Position numbers and translations under genes: made by a program | In this document: positions 61,579-64,000 of the stretch, piece by piece | Position numbering within the stretch: position 1 is the stretch's first letter | Layout of the letters: every line of letters starts with the position of its first letter | Sequence record: NC_055781.1 | DNA from: Escherichia phage p000v | Length of the DNA: 64,000 bases | Direction: 5' to 3' (one strand) | The notes under the pieces: generated by a model | What the model was told of the DNA's origin: nothing | What the model saw: only the letters and a program-made list of their open reading frames with translations | The model's database searches: none

Positions 61579-61608
61579 AGCCCCTTCCTTATGGTTGGGG
61601 CTTTTTTG
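61579..61608 (+). terminator. Rho-independent terminator (copy of the 45618 hairpin)
   Basis: AGCCCC-TTCCTTATGGTT-GGGGCT followed by TTTTTTG; same stem sequence as at 45618. Confidence 0.7.
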
Positions 61609-61617
61609 TATCTATCA

Positions 61618-61673
61618 GTTTACTTCTCCGCAGGTTGTGTTATAGTAGTCTTTACTTACTAGAGGAGAACGTT
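61618..61673 (+). promoter_or_regulatory. Early promoter + stem-loop cassette (PeSL-like)
   Basis: GTTTAC (61618-61623), TGTTATAGT -10, inverted repeat TTCTCC...GGAGAA pairing with the SD. Confidence 0.6.
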
Positions 61674-61853
61674 ATGTCACGTAAAGAAAAAATTTCTAAG
61701 TTAATGTTTTTGATTGAAGAGTACGCTAATGCCGTATCTGATTGGGAGAATGCCCACGGGTGCGAAGATGGCGATATTGATATCAATAAGGCAATGAAAA
61801 AGATGGCTGACGCCCACACCGAATTGCAAATGTATGTTAACGAGATTATGTGA
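61674..61853 (+). CDS. Hypothetical protein
   Basis: Start at M14 of the track ORF (SD GAGGAG); 59 aa. Confidence 0.5.
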   Translation: MSRKEKISKLMFLIEEYANAVSDWENAHGCEDGDIDINKAMKKMADAHTELQMYVNEIM

Positions 61854-61860
61854 GGACATT

Positions 61861-62067
61861 ATGCTTTACGATTATACTGGAAAATCTGAAGACGGTGTAC
61901 TTGAACTTTTACCTGAAAGCGCTGAAGATGATGATACGGTGGTGATGTTTTGTAAAAATGGTCCTGGGGATAAGGGATGGATTTATCTTCGTCAAGAAAA
62001 TGATCTAATTGTTTTGGACCCAAAACAAGTTGAAGAACTTTATCAACATTTAAAACATAATCGGTAG
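61861..62067 (+). CDS. Hypothetical protein
   Basis: Start at M10 of the track ORF (SD GAGGA); 68 aa. Confidence 0.5.
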   Translation: MLYDYTGKSEDGVLELLPESAEDDDTVVMFCKNGPGDKGWIYLRQENDLIVLDPKQVEELYQHLKHNR

Positions 62068-62124
62068 TTTACATCTTGGTAGGATTATGTTATAGTAGTC
62101 CTACCAAAACGAACGGAGAACAAA
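62067..62124 (+). promoter_or_regulatory. Early promoter + stem-loop cassette (PeSL-like)
   Basis: GTTTAC (about 62067-62072), TGTTATAGT inside the inverted repeat TGGTAGGA...TCCTACCA, SD GGAGAA. Confidence 0.6.
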
Positions 62125-62235
62125 ATGAAACTTTTGCTTATCGCTTATGTTGTAGTACAATACAATTATCCGATGTTTACTTATAACATGGTAAACGGCA
62201 TAGTGAATCTTATTGAAACGAGTATGGTAAAATGA
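62125..62235 (+). CDS. Small hydrophobic peptide (36 aa), not in ORF track
   Basis: ATG 62125 after the cassette leader; MKLLLIAYVVVQYNYPMFTYNMVNGIVNLIETSMVK; stop TGA overlaps the next ATG. Confidence 0.4.
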   Translation: MKLLLIAYVVVQYNYPMFTYNMVNGIVNLIETSMVK

Positions 62236-62411
62236 CCCGTGAACAAGCTATTAAATTGATGGAACTTATCCGTAACTTACGTGAAGCCGATTCAGATTTG
62301 AATGATGTAGCTTATCATGCAGTAAATGATAACGAAGACTTTTATGAAAAACAGGTTGATGCTTGTCTGAATGATTTGGTGAATTTTGTTGAAACTTTAA
62401 TTGGTGAATAA
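62232..62411 (+). CDS. Small acidic protein (59 aa), not in ORF track
   Basis: ATG 62232 (ATGA overlap); MTREQAIKLMELIRNLREADSDLNDV...; stop TAA 62409-62411. Confidence 0.45.
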   Translation: MTREQAIKLMELIRNLREADSDLNDVAYHAVNDNEDFYEKQVDACLNDLVNFVETLIGE

Positions 62412-62412
62412 T

Positions 62413-62943
62413 ATGAAAATTGTAATTGAAACAACCGAGTTGTTTGGTGATTTATGTATCGAAAAACGTGGTTATGTGTATGTTCTGACACAAGAAGATG
62501 ATTCTGTTACTATTCTTCCTATGGAACTGGACAAGATTTTGAAACTCAATCCGCCTGGCCATGCATCTGTAATTAACATCGATGAAGACCTTCAAGTTCG
62601 TTTTTATCACGGTCTTTATAGTGGGGTTAATATCGAAACAGAAGATGAATGCCTTTCTATTAATAATTGGAAAACATTCGTCACTAAGGTGAAAGAATTA
62701 ATGGAATCTGAAACAGCCAAAAAGGCCAAACTTCAATGGGCTAAATGCCGTAATGCTTTTATTACAAATCAGGACCGCCCTGACTATACAACAGTCCTAG
62801 GTGTTAATCCTTCTTATGAAGATGGCGATGTTGTAGTTATTCGTCAAATTGATGACCTTCGTCAGCATATCGTTACATTAGACAAAGATGAAGCAGTTGC
62901 TCTTAAAGCTTATCTCGATTCTATTATCCCAACTTTGAAATAA
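62413..62943 (+). CDS. Hypothetical protein
   Basis: Start at M5 of the track ORF; 176 aa. Confidence 0.55.
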   Translation: MKIVIETTELFGDLCIEKRGYVYVLTQEDDSVTILPMELDKILKLNPPGHASVINIDEDLQVRFYHGLYSGVNIETEDECLSINNWKTFVTKVKELMESETAKKAKLQWAKCRNAFITNQDRPDYTTVLGVNPSYEDGDVVVIRQIDDLRQHIVTLDKDEAVALKAYLDSIIPTLK

Positions 62944-62952
62944 GGAATTATT

Positions 62953-63426
62953 ATGATTATCAATGAAAACTCTTGGCACTTTAAAATTTATGCCGCGTTT
63001 AATAGTACATGGAATCGCCCGAAAACGTTGTGTGCTTATTTTTGGAAAACGTTAATCCCGGTATTGGCTGTTTCAATTATTGGATTTGCGATTTTAGCCG
63101 CAGTCACAATCATTGGCCAGGAAATTTTAACTAAATTCTTTGTTTTTAGCAGTCTATGGACATTAGTTCCAGCCTCAATTGGTGTAGGTGTTTTATTCAT
63201 TGCATTATGTGTTGGTATTTCTATAGTTTTAGTATTAGGCATACCGTGGCTAATCGACTTATACAGAGAGCGGAAGTATTATAAAGAAGTTGAGCTCATT
63301 GCACAAAACCAAGAACGAATTAAAAATGGACTTGAGCCTATTGAACGTAAGAAATCATTAATAGGTGAATACCTTAAAGCTCGTAAAGAAAAAGTCTGTC
63401 CTACTCTTGAATATAAGGCTAAATGA
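62953..63426 (+). CDS. Membrane protein (three or four predicted TM helices)
   Basis: 157 aa; hydrophobic segments LIPVLAVSIIGFAILAAVTII, LVPASIGVGVLFIALCVGISIVLVLGIPWLI; basic C-terminal tail. Confidence 0.55.
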   Translation: MIINENSWHFKIYAAFNSTWNRPKTLCAYFWKTLIPVLAVSIIGFAILAAVTIIGQEILTKFFVFSSLWTLVPASIGVGVLFIALCVGISIVLVLGIPWLIDLYRERKYYKEVELIAQNQERIKNGLEPIERKKSLIGEYLKARKEKVCPTLEYKAK

Positions 63427-64000
63427 TGAAAACGATTGTTAAGGCTTACTTTGGTAGCCACCTTTATGGAACGTCTACTCCTGAATCTGACGTCGATTTT
63501 AAAGAAATTTATGTCCCTCATGCTCGTGATATCTTGACCGGTAACGTTAAAGAACACATGAGCAAGAACACGAATAACACATCTTCTAAGAACACAAAAG
63601 ACGACGTGGACCATGAGTTGTATAGTCTCAAATATTTCTTTAAACTAGCTGCGGATGGTGAAACCGTCGCATTAGACATGCTTCACACTCCACCAAGTCT
63701 AGTAGTTAAATCTGATTTGCCTGATGTATGGAAGTATATTCAAGATAACAGGTCTCGTTTCTATACCACTAACATGAAATCTTATTTAGGGTACGTCCGT
63801 AAGCAAGCTTCTAAATACGGTGTCAAGGGTTCTCGACTGGCTGTTCTTCGTCAAGCCCTTAAACGTTCTAATGAATGGGGACAATACTTTGATAACGGTG
63901 CAGTAATTCGTTTATCACATATGAAGAATGTTCTGCCTGTAGGTGAATTTGCTTCGTGGGTTGAAACCGAAAACGAGAAAACAGGTAAGCAAACATTCTA
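63423..64000 (+). CDS. Predicted nucleotidyltransferase (Pol-beta superfamily motif), truncated at window end
   Basis: ATG 63423 (ATGA overlap); no stop within window; N-terminus YFGSHLYGTSTPESDVDF fits the hG[GS]x(9-13)DhDh minimal nucleotidyltransferase signature. Confidence 0.55.
   Translation, partial: MMKTIVKAYFGSHLYGTSTPESDVDFKEIYVPHARDILTGNVKEHMSKNTNNTSSKNTKDDVDHELYSLKYFFKLAADGETVALDMLHTPPSLVVKSDLPDVWKYIQDNRSRFYTTNMKSYLGYVRKQASKYGVKGSRLAVLRQALKRSNEWGQYFDNGAVIRLSHMKNVLPVGEFASWVETENEKTGKQTF

Overview
This window is a contiguous segment of a T4-like (T-even, Tevenvirinae/Straboviridae) myophage genome. All calls rest on reading the supplied ORF translations and the DNA by eye; no database search was run, and coordinates of promoters and hairpins are approximate (about +/-2 nt). 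(1) Positions 1-6.8 kb: plus-strand genes 26, 25, uvsY, inh, hoc and RNA ligase 2, with uvsW/uvsW.1 on the minus strand and a truncated minus-strand gp26 paralogue at the window start. (2) Positions 7.9-38.1 kb: the classical late morphogenesis block, all on the minus strand, in T4 order 24-23-22-21-68-67-20-19-18-17-16-15-14-13-wac-12-11-10-9-8-7-6-5.4-5-53, with TATAAATA late promoters and hairpin terminators in the gaps. (3) Positions 38.2-42.3 kb: plus-strand genes 4, 2, 3, 1, 57A, 57B, with a GIY-YIG homing endonuclease gene wedged between 4 and 2. (4) Positions 42.3-64 kb: a hyperplastic early-gene region on the plus strand. It contains one tRNA (anticodon CAU), a segB-like homing endonuclease, nudE, lysozyme e, denV, regB-like, tk and rI-like genes, many small ORFs, and about 14 copies of a promoter-plus-stem-loop cassette (PeSL-like). 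No CRISPR array, integrase or IS element was seen. I did not find one single clear-cut undescribed system. The most promising leads are in the accessory region: an expanded family of proteins carrying the internal-protein capsid-targeting N-terminus (MKTY.EF[IL].E); a paralogous family of small membrane proteins with a conserved C-terminal tail and a decayed remnant; a tandem triplicated small-protein family; a PspA-like coiled-coil protein; two nucleotidyltransferase-motif proteins; a macro-domain-like protein; a signal-peptide lytic transglycosylase; and a GrcA-like glycyl-radical protein whose C-terminal half looks host-derived.
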